Assembly: GCA_965202805.1 (NCBI GenBank)
Contig: OZ241869.1
Span: 3,264,001 to 3,328,000, forward strand
Origin: Longimicrobiales bacterium
GTDB taxonomy: Bacteria; Gemmatimonadota; Gemmatimonadetes; Longimicrobiales; Gaopeijiaceae
Direction: 5' to 3'
DNA: 64,000 bases
Shown: positions 29,360-39,723 of the stretch, one piece after another
Numbering within the stretch: position 1 is the first letter of the stretch
Layout: the number at the start of each line of letters is the position of its first letter
Position numbers and translations under genes: made by a program
Notes under the pieces: generated by a model
What the model was told of the DNA's origin: nothing
Databases searched by the model: none
Seen by the model: only the letters and a program-made list of their open reading frames with translations

Positions 29360-31810
29360 TCACGCGACCACGAGGTTGATCAGCCGCCCGGGCACGTAGA
29401 TCACGCGGCGCACGGCTCCGTTCTCGAGGAAGCGCGCGACGTTCTCCTGCTCGCGCGCGAGCGCCACCGCCTCTTCCCGGCTCATCTCCGAAGGACCCTC
29501 GATGGTGCCGCGCACCTTGCCGTTGACCTGCACCGCGAGGGTCACGATGCGCCTCTTCGCCTTTTCCGGGTCGTACTCGGGCCAGCGGGCGCGCCCGAAC
29601 ACGCCGCCCTCGTGCCCGAGGCGTTCCCACAGCTCCTCGGCGATGTGCGGCGCGAACGGCGCCACCAGCAGCACCACGGGCTCGATCTCCGCCCGCGCCG
29701 GCGTCCGGCCTCCCGCGCGCACCGCGTTCAGGTACTCCATCATCCCCGAGATGCAGGTGTTGTACTGGAGATCCGCGATCTGGCGCGTGACCTGTTCGAT
29801 GGTTCGGTGCAGCTGCCCCTCGAGGCGGGAATCCGGCTCCGCGTCGTTGTCCGCGGCGCGCAGCACGGCGTCCCAGAGCCTCCTCAGGAAGCCGAGCGGT
29901 CCCCGGATGCCGTCGTCGCGGTAATCCCCGCCCTCGGTGAAGGGCCCCAGGAACATCAGGTACAGGCGGAAGGTGTCGGCGCCGAACTCCTCGATGACCG
30001 GATCGGGCGTGACCACGTTGCCCTTCGTCTTCGACATCTTGCGCCCGTCCTTGACGATGATGCCGTGGGCTCGGAAGCGGGTGAAGGGCTCCTCGAAGTC
30101 CAGCAGCCCGATGTCGTGCAGCGCCATGGTGATGAAGCGCGCGTACATCAGATGCAGCACCGCGTGCTCGTTGCCGCCGATGTAGCTGTCCACCGGGAGC
30201 CAGCGCCGGGTGATGTCCGGGTCGAAGGCGATGTCGTCGCATCCGACCGAGGGATAGCGCAGGAAGTACCAGGAGCTGTCCAGGAAGGTGTCCGAGACGT
30301 CGGTCTCGCGGCGCGCGGCGCTCCCGCACCCTGGACAGTCCACGCTGTACCACGACTCGACGCGCGCGAGGGGGCTCACGCCGTCGTCGTCGGGCTTGAA
30401 GTCCTCGATGCGGGGCAGGATCACCGGCAGCTCGCTCTCGGGAACCGGGACCGCGCCGCAGGTCGTGCAGTACACGATGGGGATGGGCGGGCCCCAGTAG
30501 CGCTGACGCGAGATGCACCAGTCGCGCAGCTGGTAGTTGACCTGCTTCTCGCCCAGCCCGCGCTCCTCGAGGGCGGCGGTGATGGCGGCCTTGCCCTCCG
30601 CCACGCTGAGCCCGTCGAAGCGCCCCGAGTTGACCATGCGCCCGGCGGCGTTGTCGGTGTACGCCTCCTCGAGCGGGGTGTCGGCGCCGTCCCCGGGCCC
30701 CGCCACCACCCGCACCACGGGCAGCCCGAACTCGTTCGCGAACTCGAAGTCGCGCTCGTCGTGGCCGGGCACCGCCATGATCGCCCCGGTGCCGTACCCC
30801 GCGAGCACGTAGTCCGCGACCCAGACCGGAATCTCCGCGCCGGTGGCGGGATTCACGCAGTACCCTCCGGTGAAGACGCCGGTCTTCTCGCCGGCCGTCT
30901 TCTGGCGGCTGACCACGTCCATGGCCGCCACCCGGTCGACGTAGGCGCGCACCTGGTCGCGATGGGACGGGGCGGTGATGCCGTCCACCAGCGGGTGCTC
31001 GGGAGCCAGCACCATGTAGGTCGCGCCGAAGATCGTGTCCGGGCGGGTCGTGAAGACCTCGATCACGTCGTCCGAGCCGGCCACCGGGAAGACCAGGCGG
31101 GCGCCCTCGCTGCGGCCGATCCAGTTCGCCTGCGCCTTGCGCGTCGACTCCGACCAGTCGATGTGCTCCAGATTGTCGAGCAGGCGCTGCGAGTAGTCGC
31201 TGATGCGGAAGAACCACTGCGCGATCACGCGCTGTTCGACGGTGGCGTCGCAGCGCTCGCACAGGCCGTCCTCGACCTGCTCGTTGGCCAGCACGGTCAT
31301 GCACGAAGGGCACCAGTTGACGGGCGCCTTCTTGCGCTCGGCGAGCCCCGCCTCGAAGAGCTTCAGGAAGATCCACTGGGTCCAGCGGTAGTAGTCGGGG
31401 GAGGTGGTGTCCACTGCGTGATCCCAGTCGAACATCCCCCCGATGCGGCGCAGCTGGCGCGTGAAGTTGGCGACGTTCGCCGGGATCAGATCCATCGGAT
31501 GGGTCCCGTGCTTCAGCGCGAAGTTCTCGGAGTGGATGCCGAAGGCGTCGAAGCCGATGGGCTCGAAGACGTCGTGGCCGCGCAGCCGCTGGAAGCGCCC
31601 GTGGATGTCCGCCCCGGTGAAGGCGTAGATGTTGCCCACGTGCAGCCCCTCCGCGGAGGGGTACGGGAACATCATCAGGTTGAAGTAGGGCGACCGGGAG
31701 GCGCGAAGCTCCTCTGCCGAAAAGGAGTTGGCGCCGCGTTCCTCCCAGATCCGCTGCCACTTCGCTTCGACCTGGGAGGGGGAGTAGCTCGGGTGGGACC
31801 TCTCTTCCAT
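29360..31810 (-). CDS. leuS: Leucine--tRNA ligase
   Basis: MFPYPSAEGLHVGN (HIGH), FTTRPDT, GTGAIMAVPGHD, DWCISRQRYWG, KMSKT and VQVNGKVRG motifs. Confidence 0.97.
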   Translation of the reverse strand: MEERSHPSYSPSQVEAKWQRIWEERGANSFSAEELRASRSPYFNLMMFPYPSAEGLHVGNIYAFTGADIHGRFQRLRGHDVFEPIGFDAFGIHSENFALKHGTHPMDLIPANVANFTRQLRRIGGMFDWDHAVDTTSPDYYRWTQWIFLKLFEAGLAERKKAPVNWCPSCMTVLANEQVEDGLCERCDATVEQRVIAQWFFRISDYSQRLLDNLEHIDWSESTRKAQANWIGRSEGARLVFPVAGSDDVIEVFTTRPDTIFGATYMVLAPEHPLVDGITAPSHRDQVRAYVDRVAAMDVVSRQKTAGEKTGVFTGGYCVNPATGAEIPVWVADYVLAGYGTGAIMAVPGHDERDFEFANEFGLPVVRVVAGPGDGADTPLEEAYTDNAAGRMVNSGRFDGLSVAEGKAAITAALEERGLGEKQVNYQLRDWCISRQRYWGPPIPIVYCTTCGAVPVPESELPVILPRIEDFKPDDDGVSPLARVESWYSVDCPGCGSAARRETDVSDTFLDSSWYFLRYPSVGCDDIAFDPDITRRWLPVDSYIGGNEHAVLHLMYARFITMALHDIGLLDFEEPFTRFRAHGIIVKDGRKMSKTKGNVVTPDPVIEEFGADTFRLYLMFLGPFTEGGDYRDDGIRGPLGFLRRLWDAVLRAADNDAEPDSRLEGQLHRTIEQVTRQIADLQYNTCISGMMEYLNAVRAGGRTPARAEIEPVVLLVAPFAPHIAEELWERLGHEGGVFGRARWPEYDPEKAKRRIVTLAVQVNGKVRGTIEGPSEMSREEAVALAREQENVARFLENGAVRRVIYVPGRLINLVVA

Positions 31811-31986
31811 ACCCCTACGTTCGCGCCGGGAACAGCCTCTCGCAACCTCCGCGCCGGCTCGCGGCGCTGCCCTTCCGGGGGACATCATGCCGTGATTGTC
31901 ATGGCCCCCGCGGTCAGGTGTCCGGAGGGTGACCGCGCGCCGCTACCCGCCTCCGCCGCTTCCCGGGGTGGAACCTCGATGTGGTG

Positions 31987-33009
31987 CTACTCGCGGGGAT
32001 CGGTGCCCAGGAAGCGGATCAGCTCGGCGTTGACGATGTCCGGCGCCTCCTCGTGGGGGTTGTGGCCGATGTTCGGGATGAGAAAGACCTCCCCGTTGGG
32101 CAGGATCCCGGCGGCCCGGCGGGCGTTGGCGGGAAAGTCCGGTCCGTCGATCTCGCCGCCGAGGATCAGCGCCTTCGTCCTGATGTGCGGCCAGTCGTCC
32201 ACCACGGTGTCCATCGAGCGCAGGTTGCCGCCGAGCCGGCGCACGTACGCGAGCCGGGGCCAGTCCCCGCTCAGCCGCTGGCCGTGCCGGATGCGCAGGT
32301 GGTCCAGGAACTCCGGCTTCCACTCCACGTAGCGGCGCGTGTCGGTCCGCACGTCCGCCTCGTAGGCGCGCTGGAGGTCCGGGTCGGCGTCGATCTCGCC
32401 ATCGAACGGACGAAACCCGCGCCCGGCGCGGTTGTCGGTCAGACCGATCTGGTTAATGGTGACCAGATGCGTCGTCTTCTCCGGATACAGGAAGGCGAAA
32501 CGGGTCGCCATCATCCCGCCCATGGAGTGTCCGATGACGGCGGCCTCGGAGATGCCGAGGTGTTCCATCAGCCGGGCCGTGTTCGAGGCGTGCAGGCTCA
32601 TGCTGTACGGCAGAATCGGCTTGGACGATTTCCCCCAGCCGAGCCGGTCCTTCACAACGACCCGGTACCCCTCGTTGGCGAGGGCCTCGATCTGGCGCTC
32701 CCAGTACCAGCCGTAGTAGCTGCCTCCGTGGTGGAAGACCGCGGCGCGACCGTTCGCGGGCCCGACCGGAGCGATGTCCATGTAGGCGATCCGCACATCC
32801 TGGCCGTAGACGCGCAGGTTCATGAACTCGACCGGATGCGGGTACTCGAAGTCCTCCAGGTTGATCGAGATCGGCCCCCACTCGGCGGGCGGCTGGGCGG
32901 GCGGGTGATGGGACTGCGCCGCGCCCGGATGCGGCGGCGCGAGGGCCAGCAGCGCGGCGAGTGACAGCGCGGCGCACATGTGCGTCGTGGGGGATACGGT
33001 GGTGGTCAT
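31987..33009 (-). CDS. Secreted alpha/beta hydrolase
   Basis: GHSMGG nucleophile elbow; DRLGWGKS; GHNPH; signal peptide. Confidence 0.88.
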   Translation of the reverse strand: MTTTVSPTTHMCAALSLAALLALAPPHPGAAQSHHPPAQPPAEWGPISINLEDFEYPHPVEFMNLRVYGQDVRIAYMDIAPVGPANGRAAVFHHGGSYYGWYWERQIEALANEGYRVVVKDRLGWGKSSKPILPYSMSLHASNTARLMEHLGISEAAVIGHSMGGMMATRFAFLYPEKTTHLVTINQIGLTDNRAGRGFRPFDGEIDADPDLQRAYEADVRTDTRRYVEWKPEFLDHLRIRHGQRLSGDWPRLAYVRRLGGNLRSMDTVVDDWPHIRTKALILGGEIDGPDFPANARRAAGILPNGEVFLIPNIGHNPHEEAPDIVNAELIRFLGTDPRE

Positions 33010-33076
33010 TGGTCTTCTCCTGTCGCTGCATGTCCACTGCCGGGGTCGGTTGGGGCGAATCCCGTCCATTGTACGT

Positions 33077-34240
33077 CTATCCCGGGTTGCCGAGCACCTC
33101 GAACGGGTCCCCGGCTTCCTCGGTCCCTGCCTTGATCGCCGCGATGGCCGAGCCCAGATCGCCGCCGTGCTCATCGAGCAGCGCCTGGAAGTCGGGCAGC
33201 CGGTGGTAGTAGCGCATGCGCGCGAGCAGCGTGGCGTTGTTGAGCGGGGTGTTCACGAAGCCCGCGTAGCTGCTCGCTTCGAAGGTCGGCTGCACTTCGG
33301 CGACGAAGCGCTCCAGCGCCTCGGCGAAGATCCGTTCACGCGCCGCCAGGCGCTCCTCCCGGGTCAGCGCGGCATCGCCGTAGATGCGCTCCAGGTCCGC
33401 CACCAGACCGTCCAGGAATACCGAGAACTTCATCGCATCGCCCCACCGCTGGCGCGCGCGCGTGCAGCGCACGGTCGGGATCTCGCCCGAATCGGCGCAG
33501 AAGAACGCGGCCGCGCCGGCATCGCCCACGAAGGTAGCGAAGCTCTCGTTGAAGCGGACGCTGCCCGCCACCCACAGGTGGGCGTGCGAGACTTCGTGCA
33601 GGAGGGTCTGGACCACCCCGATCTCGTCCTGGCGCAGCACCGTGGACATCAGCGGGTCCGCGAACCATCCCAGGGTGCTGAAGGCGGAGGTGGGGCGCAG
33701 CCAGGTGTCGAATCCCTCCTCTTCCAGCTTGCGCTGTTCGTCCAGGGCGTCGTCCAGGTCGAAGAACCCCCGGTAGGGGACCCGGCCCACCACCGGGAAC
33801 CACCAGGTCCTCGCCGCCAGGCGGTCCTTTTCGGCCGCGGACAGCACCATCGCCAGGGTGTCGCGGTCGAGACGGGTGTAGGTGGTGTAGGAGTCGCCGA
33901 CGTCGAGCCCCAGCTCCTCGATGGCGAAGGTGCGCGCCAGACGGGCGAAGGTGAGCTTGCCGCGCGTGCGTTCGTCGGTGTCCGGATCCACGATGACGTC
34001 CTCGATGGGCCGGCGGGCGGTCAGGATGCGGGCCTCCTCCCATCCCGCGCGAAGGACGTAGAGGGGTGAGCAGGACGCCGCCAGCGCGGTCAGCCCGAGC
34101 GCCGCAACTCCCAGCAGCCCGTGGACGAATCCACGCGAGCGGCGGGAGCGGAGAGGCGCGGAGCCGGCACCGCGCTCTGAAGGCCGCGCACCCCGCGGTC
34201 GCGCGCCGTCGCTGCTGGACTCCGGCCCGGGCCCGGCCAT
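33077..34240 (-). CDS. Putative zinc aminopeptidase (Aminopep/DUF2265-like)
   Basis: WWFPVVGRVPYRGFF, AFSTLGWFADP, HEVSH zinc motif, FNESFA and LNNA motifs. Confidence 0.85.
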   Translation of the reverse strand: MAGPGPESSSDGARPRGARPSERGAGSAPLRSRRSRGFVHGLLGVAALGLTALAASCSPLYVLRAGWEEARILTARRPIEDVIVDPDTDERTRGKLTFARLARTFAIEELGLDVGDSYTTYTRLDRDTLAMVLSAAEKDRLAARTWWFPVVGRVPYRGFFDLDDALDEQRKLEEEGFDTWLRPTSAFSTLGWFADPLMSTVLRQDEIGVVQTLLHEVSHAHLWVAGSVRFNESFATFVGDAGAAAFFCADSGEIPTVRCTRARQRWGDAMKFSVFLDGLVADLERIYGDAALTREERLAARERIFAEALERFVAEVQPTFEASSYAGFVNTPLNNATLLARMRYYHRLPDFQALLDEHGGDLGSAIAAIKAGTEEAGDPFEVLGNPG

Positions 34241-34245
34241 CGCCC

Positions 34246-35139
34246 CTAGTTCCCGCCTCCAAGCGAGCGCATCAGGGGGATCCCGCCCTCGGTGGGCACG
34301 TACACCACCGAACCCGCGGGCAGCTCGCCCAGCTTCTCGATGTAGTGGAACGTCAGGTACTCGGGCGTAAGCCCCTCGGAGATGATCCGCTGGGCCTCGG
34401 CGATGCCCCGCGCCTCCTCGATCTGCTGGCGGGCGCGCTCCTGGATGATCTCGGTCTGGAAGCGCTCCTGGGCGACCTGCTGTTCGCGCTGCTGGCGCTC
34501 CTCAATGGCCTGGCGCACGCCCTCGGGGGCCTGGATGTCGCGCACGAACGCCTGCACCACGTTGATGCGGTCCTCCGCGCTGGCCTGGATCGCGGCCTCG
34601 ATGTTGTCGGAGAGCTCGGCGCGGTCGGGGGAGAAGATCTCGTTGATGGAGCGCGTGGCGACCGCGTCGCGGACTCCGTTCCGCACGGAGTTGAGCACGA
34701 TGGCGGCGGTGATCTGCCGTTCCGTTCCCAGCTCCTGGAAGAGGGAAGGGGTGCGACTCGGTTCGATCTGGTAGAGCACCGAAACCTCGAGCGTCACGTT
34801 GAGCTGCTCGCTGGTCTGCGCCTCGATGCGCTCGACCGTTCCCCCCGTCGGGAAGCTCTGCTCGCGCACCGACATCTTCTCGATGCTCGCGAAGGGATTG
34901 ACGACGTGTACGCCTTGCGCGTGAGCACGCGGGGTGACGCGGCCCAGAAAGTGTTCCACCCCCACCTCGCCGACATCGATCAGGATCACGGAGTTCATCG
35001 CCAGGAGGGCGACGCCCGCCGTCATCACCCCGTAGGAGATGAGCCGGGTCATGCCGGGGTTACGGCCGGTGGTGGTGGAGAACGCGCGGATGAGCCCGCC
35101 AACGGCAATGGTGATACAGGCAAGCAGTGCGGAAGTCAT
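34246..35139 (-). CDS. SPFH/prohibitin (band 7) family protein
   Basis: N-terminal TM segments; GEVGV, GVHVVNPF and AIEERQ...EARGIAEAQRII coiled coil. Confidence 0.85.
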   Translation of the reverse strand: MTSALLACITIAVGGLIRAFSTTTGRNPGMTRLISYGVMTAGVALLAMNSVILIDVGEVGVEHFLGRVTPRAHAQGVHVVNPFASIEKMSVREQSFPTGGTVERIEAQTSEQLNVTLEVSVLYQIEPSRTPSLFQELGTERQITAAIVLNSVRNGVRDAVATRSINEIFSPDRAELSDNIEAAIQASAEDRINVVQAFVRDIQAPEGVRQAIEERQQREQQVAQERFQTEIIQERARQQIEEARGIAEAQRIISEGLTPEYLTFHYIEKLGELPAGSVVYVPTEGGIPLMRSLGGGN

Positions 35140-35143
35140 GCGT

Positions 35144-35902
35144 TTATTCCTCCGTTCGAGGTGGATCGTCGCCCGAGCGGCGGGCGAGCTCGGCGCCGAC
35201 GGTGTGGAGCGAGACGCCCGCGCCCAGCAGCGCGACCATCAGGTGGTACAGGAGGTCGGCTGCCTCCTCGGTAATTGCTACGGGGTCACGCCGGGTCAGT
35301 GCGACGGTCAGCTCCACCAGCTCCTCGCCCAGCTTCTTCAGCCGGAGATTCCCGTCCGCGAGCAGGTGCGCGGTATTGCTGCCGGCCGGCATTTCCTTGG
35401 CGCGTGAGCGCAGCGTGACCCAGAGGTTGTCCAGCACCTCGCCTCCGCGGAAGGTGGACCGTCCCCCGGAATGGTCTTCCGCGGCAACGGCGACGGCCGG
35501 CTTCGGTTCATCGGTCCCGGGTTCGACGAAGCAGGTGCGCGTCCCCATGTGGCACGCGGGACCGGCCGGGCGCACCTTCGCCAGCACCGCGTCCGCGTCG
35601 CAATCCAGGTGCAGCGATACCAGCGACAACACGTTCCCGGAGGTCGCGCCCTTGCGCCAGATTTCCTTTCTGGACCGCGACCAGTAGTACATCTGGCCCG
35701 TATCCAGGGTCAGGGCGAGAGTCGTGCGGTTGGAGTACGCCAGCATGAGGACTTCATCGGTCCTGGCGTCCTGGGTGATCACGGGAACGAGGCCGTCGGC
35801 GCGGAAGCTCACGTAGCTCAGATCGCGCGTGTGCAGAATGCGCCGGCCCGGAAGCGTGTCCGGCGGCCCGTCGCTGGCCAGTGCATCAGGTGGGACGGTC
35901 AT
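35144..35902 (-). CDS. hisIE: Bifunctional phosphoribosyl-AMP cyclohydrolase / phosphoribosyl-ATP pyrophosphatase
   Basis: [35 protein letters not shown]...CF, KKLGEE and EAADLLYH motifs. Confidence 0.95.
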   Translation of the reverse strand: MTVPPDALASDGPPDTLPGRRILHTRDLSYVSFRADGLVPVITQDARTDEVLMLAYSNRTTLALTLDTGQMYYWSRSRKEIWRKGATSGNVLSLVSLHLDCDADAVLAKVRPAGPACHMGTRTCFVEPGTDEPKPAVAVAAEDHSGGRSTFRGGEVLDNLWVTLRSRAKEMPAGSNTAHLLADGNLRLKKLGEELVELTVALTRRDPVAITEEAADLLYHLMVALLGAGVSLHTVGAELARRSGDDPPRTEE

Positions 35903-36684
35903 CCTGAGTTGCTCCTTCCGGCGCCGTTCGATGCCCGCATCGAGATCCCTCGCGCCGCGAGTACGGATTTTATGTTCGTCACGGTGGTCACCCCGTCGTG
36001 CAGAATGCCGGCCAGCAGCGCGGCTGATGCCCTCCCGCGGGTCAGCACTTCCAGCACGTCCTCCGCCGAACCGCCGCCGCCGGAGGCCACTACCGGTACC
36101 GATACCCGCGATGCCACCCGCCGGGTCAACTCCAGATCGTAACCGATGCGGGAGCCGTCCCGGTCGATGCTCGTGAGCAGGATCTCGCCCGCCCCCCGCC
36201 GCGCGCACTCGGCGGCCCACTCGACGGCGTCCAGGTCCTTTGGCAACCTGCCCCCGTGCGTGTACACGCGCCATCCATCCCCCTCGCGGGCCGCATCGAT
36301 GCTGGCGACCAGACACTGGCTGCCGTAGCGTGCCGCGCACTCGGCGGCGAGTTCCGGCTGGCGGGCCAGGGCGGAGTTCACGCTCACCTTGTCGGCGCCC
36401 GCCCGCAGCAGCGCGCCCAGGTCATCCACGGTCCGGACCCCGCCCCCGACGGTCAGCGGGATGAAGAGCGCTTCGGCCGTCCTGCGGACCGTATCGAGCA
36501 GCGTGGCGCGACCCTCGTGGGACGCGGTGATGTCCAGGAAGACCACCTCGTCGGCCCCGTCGGCCTCGTAGCGGCCGGCCAGCTCCACCGGGTCCCCCAC
36601 GTCGCGCAGGTTCACGAAGCGGGTTCCCTTCACCACGCGTCCATCCCGGACATCCAGGCAGACGACGATTCGAGGTCGCAACAT
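35899..36684 (-). CDS. hisF: Imidazole glycerol phosphate synthase cyclase subunit
   Basis: [26 protein letters not shown] and [12 protein letters not shown] motifs. Confidence 0.97.
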   Translation of the reverse strand: MLRPRIVVCLDVRDGRVVKGTRFVNLRDVGDPVELAGRYEADGADEVVFLDITASHEGRATLLDTVRRTAEALFIPLTVGGGVRTVDDLGALLRAGADKVSVNSALARQPELAAECAARYGSQCLVASIDAAREGDGWRVYTHGGRLPKDLDAVEWAAECARRGAGEILLTSIDRDGSRIGYDLELTRRVASRVSVPVVASGGGGSAEDVLEVLTRGRASAALLAGILHDGVTTVTNIKSVLAARGISMRASNGAGRSNSG

Positions 36685-36692
36685 GGCCCGAT

Positions 36693-37244
36693 CTAGCTGC
36701 CGGGAGCGGGATCGCGCGTCACCCGCACCGCGCCCTTGGTGCTGAAGACGCCCTCACCCTCCTCGAGCGCCTGGCGCAGGGCGAGTCCCGTCGCCTTCAC
36801 CGCGGCCTCGATCACGTGATGGCGGTTGCGGCCCCGGACGACGCGGATGTGCAGGGTCGCGGCGAGATGCGTGGACAGGCTCTGGAAGAAGTGATCGGCG
36901 AGGCTGGTGGGCAGATCGCCGACGTAATACGCGCGCCCACCGGTGTCGATCGCGGTCTGGACCAGCGCTTCGTCCATCGGCACCGTCGCCCACCCGTAGC
37001 GCGCCGCATGCTCCGGGACGATGTCGGCCAGCGCCATCCCCAGGGCGATCGCCACATCCTCCACGAGATGGTGGTGCAGATCACCGCGCGCCTCGACCGC
37101 GAGCTCGAGCCCGGAGTAGCGGGCGAAGGTCACCAGCATGTGATCGAGAAAGCCGTCGCCGGTGTCGATGCGGGGGGACCCGTCGCCCCGCTTCACCTCG
37201 ACGCGCACCCGCGTCTCCCCGGTCTCGCGCAGGATCCGGCCCAT
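36693..37244 (-). CDS. hisB: Imidazoleglycerol-phosphate dehydratase
   Basis: [31 protein letters not shown] and STKG motifs. Confidence 0.95.
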   Translation of the reverse strand: MGRILRETGETRVRVEVKRGDGSPRIDTGDGFLDHMLVTFARYSGLELAVEARGDLHHHLVEDVAIALGMALADIVPEHAARYGWATVPMDEALVQTAIDTGGRAYYVGDLPTSLADHFFQSLSTHLAATLHIRVVRGRNRHHVIEAAVKATGLALRQALEEGEGVFSTKGAVRVTRDPAPGS

Positions 37245-37272
37245 CGTCACAGCTCCCTGGCTCTGGTTTGCA

Positions 37273-37986
37273 TCATCCACCGAACTCGCGGGCCACCGCC
37301 TCGACGGGCAGGGTGCCGTCGTAGAGGGCCATACCCAGGACCGCTCCCGCGGCTCCCGCCCTCCCCAGGCGCCGCAGCTCCTCCAGGGCGCTGATGCCCC
37401 CGGACATCCATACGGGATGCGACGACGCCCGGATGACCGTGCCGGCCCGCTCCAGGTCGCTGCCCTGCACCCGGCCCTCGCGGGCCACGTCCGTGCACAG
37501 TACGCCCGCAAGAGGAAGATCGTCCAACGCCGCCAGAAAGTCCTCGACGGTGGTGCCGCTGCTCCGGGTCCAGCCGCGGCGCAGCACCTTGCCGTCGCGC
37601 ATGTCGGCGGCGACCAGGATCCGGTCGGGGAATGCGGCCGCCGCGCGGGCGAGCCACGCGGAGTCCTCCACGGCCCTCGTGCCCACGATGACGCGGTCCG
37701 CGCCGGCCGCGAGCGCCCGTTCGATGCCCGCGCGGTCCCGCACCCCGCCCCCGAACTGGGTGACCGCGTCCGTGCAGGTGATCAGGTCGCGCACCACGGC
37801 GCGGTTGTGGCCCCTGCCCAGCGCGGCATCCAGGTCCACGACGTGCAGGGTGCGAAAGCCGTTGCGCCACCAGCGCGCGGCCACCGCCGCGGGGTCCGGG
37901 AGGGAGACCCGCTCGGTCTCGGGTAGCCCGCCCACCCACTGCACGCAGCGTCCTCCGCTGACGTCGACCGCGGGGACGGCGATCAC
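37273..37986 (-). CDS. hisA: ProFAR isomerase
   Basis: PAVDVSGGRCV, LHVVDLDAA, QFGGGVR, TDVAREG and SGGI motifs. Confidence 0.95.
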   Translation of the reverse strand: MIAVPAVDVSGGRCVQWVGGLPETERVSLPDPAAVAARWWRNGFRTLHVVDLDAALGRGHNRAVVRDLITCTDAVTQFGGGVRDRAGIERALAAGADRVIVGTRAVEDSAWLARAAAAFPDRILVAADMRDGKVLRRGWTRSSGTTVEDFLAALDDLPLAGVLCTDVAREGRVQGSDLERAGTVIRASSHPVWMSGGISALEELRRLGRAGAAGAVLGMALYDGTLPVEAVAREFGG

Positions 37987-37996
37987 GGGCGGGGGT

Positions 37997-38599
37997 TCAC
38001 CGCGCCGCCTCCGCCAGGAAGTTGGCGATGATGCGCAGTCCGGGCCGGGAGCTCTTTTCCGGGTGGAACTGGGTCCCCCAGCAGCGTTCGCGGCGTACTG
38101 CGGCCGCGAACCGGTCGCCCTGGTACTCGGTCCAGGCGGTGACCGCGCCCTCGTCGCGGGGGCGGCAGACGTAGCTGTTGGCGTAGTAGGCGACCAGATC
38201 CCGCGTGTCCGCGAAGAGCGGATCGTCCTCCGTGGCCACGTCGTTCCACCCCATGTGGGGCACGATCCCGCCCCGCAGCCGCTCCACGCGTCCGGGCAGG
38301 AAGCCGATGCCCGGGCCGCCGCCCTCGTCGCTCTCGTCGAAGAGGACCTGCATGCCGAGGCAGATGCCCAGGCACGGAAGGCCCTCTTCCAGCGCCTCCC
38401 TCACATCGTCTCCGGCGCCGTCGAGAGCGCGTGCGGCGGTCGCGAAGGACCCCACCCCGGGAAGAACCAGCGCGTCCGCCGAGAGCGCCTCCCGGCAGTC
38501 GGTGAAGACCTCCGTGGACGCGCCCGAGACCTCGATCGCCTTGACGAGGGAATGAAGGTTGCCCGCGCCGTAGTCGAAGACGCCGACGCGCAAGGTCAT
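37997..38599 (-). CDS. hisH: Imidazole glycerol phosphate synthase glutaminase subunit
   Basis: DYGAGNLHS, LPGVG, GICLGMQ, PHMGWN and QFHPEKS motifs. Confidence 0.96.
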   Translation of the reverse strand: MTLRVGVFDYGAGNLHSLVKAIEVSGASTEVFTDCREALSADALVLPGVGSFATAARALDGAGDDVREALEEGLPCLGICLGMQVLFDESDEGGGPGIGFLPGRVERLRGGIVPHMGWNDVATEDDPLFADTRDLVAYYANSYVCRPRDEGAVTAWTEYQGDRFAAAVRRERCWGTQFHPEKSSRPGLRIIANFLAEAAR

Positions 38600-39723
38600 C
38601 CGGCGGTCTCGGCGGCGGCCGCCTTCCGGCTCGCACCCCGGGTGGCCGGGCCGCAGATCTCCTCCCACGCCTCGATGAAGCGCTCGATGACCGGTGGGGG
38701 ACCTACCGTCACGCGCAGCGCCTCGCCCGCCCCGGGCACGCCGGGGAAGGGACGCACCGCGATGCCCCGGGCGATCATCTCGCGGGTCACTTCGACGGCG
38801 GGAGCCGGCACCGGCAGCATGATGAAGTTCGCGGAAGAGGGCAGGGGGTCGCCGCCGCGCCGCCGCAGTTCGGTCACCAGGAGCTCCCGGCAGGCGACGA
38901 TTTCGCGCACGGTGGGCTCGAGCCAGCCCGACCGGTCGCGCAGCGCCGCCGCCGCCGCCCGCTCGGCGAGCAGACCGACCTTGAAGGGACCGCGGGCCTT
39001 TTCGACTTCGCCCAGCAGATCGGGGTGTGCGATGCCGAACCCGGCCCGCAGCCCGGCGAGCCCGTACGCCTTCGAGAAGGTGCGCGCGATCATGATGCGC
39101 GGCACCGCGAGCGCGCGTTCGACAAGCGACTCCTCACTCGGATCGTAGCCGGCGGACGCCACCGCGAACTCGTAATACGCCTCGTCGAGGATGACCACCG
39201 GACCCGTGGATCCCACTCCGTCCAGGAGCTCGTCGATCCAGGCCCGGGAGAGGGCGGTCCCGGTGGGGTTGTTGGGCGTGCAGACGTAGATCAGGTCCGC
39301 ATCGGCGTCCAGCAGCTGCCGTGGCGAGGGTGGCCGGCGCGCGTCTCCCAGCGGGATGCCCCGAAGGCCGTTGACGACCAGCAGGTGCGGGATCATCAGG
39401 AAGGTGGGGTCGGGAAACGCCACCCGGGAACCCGGTCCGCACACCGCCCGGAAGGTCGAGTCCAGGACGTCGTCGGAGCCGCATCCGGTGATGACGCAAT
39501 CGGCGGGGACGTCGAACTTCCCGGCGACCGCGTCGCGCAGGTCGCTCGAGTAGGCCTGCGGGTAGTTGGAGATGTCGCCGGCGCCTGCACCGCGCATCAC
39601 CGAAAGGGCGTCGGGATGGCAGCCCCAGAGGTTGGTGTTGTCGGAGAGTTCGATCTCGACGGGATCCTCGATCGGCGTGTAGCGCTTGAGCGCGCGGAAG
39701 CTTTCGCGGGGGAACGGGCTCAT
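38596..39723 (-). CDS. hisC: Histidinol-phosphate aminotransferase
   Basis: GSDD, PNNPTG, DEAYYEF and RTFSKAYGLAGLR motifs; operon context. Confidence 0.93.
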   Translation of the reverse strand: MSPFPRESFRALKRYTPIEDPVEIELSDNTNLWGCHPDALSVMRGAGAGDISNYPQAYSSDLRDAVAGKFDVPADCVITGCGSDDVLDSTFRAVCGPGSRVAFPDPTFLMIPHLLVVNGLRGIPLGDARRPPSPRQLLDADADLIYVCTPNNPTGTALSRAWIDELLDGVGSTGPVVILDEAYYEFAVASAGYDPSEESLVERALAVPRIMIARTFSKAYGLAGLRAGFGIAHPDLLGEVEKARGPFKVGLLAERAAAAALRDRSGWLEPTVREIVACRELLVTELRRRGGDPLPSSANFIMLPVPAPAVEVTREMIARGIAVRPFPGVPGAGEALRVTVGPPPVIERFIEAWEEICGPATRGASRKAAAAETAG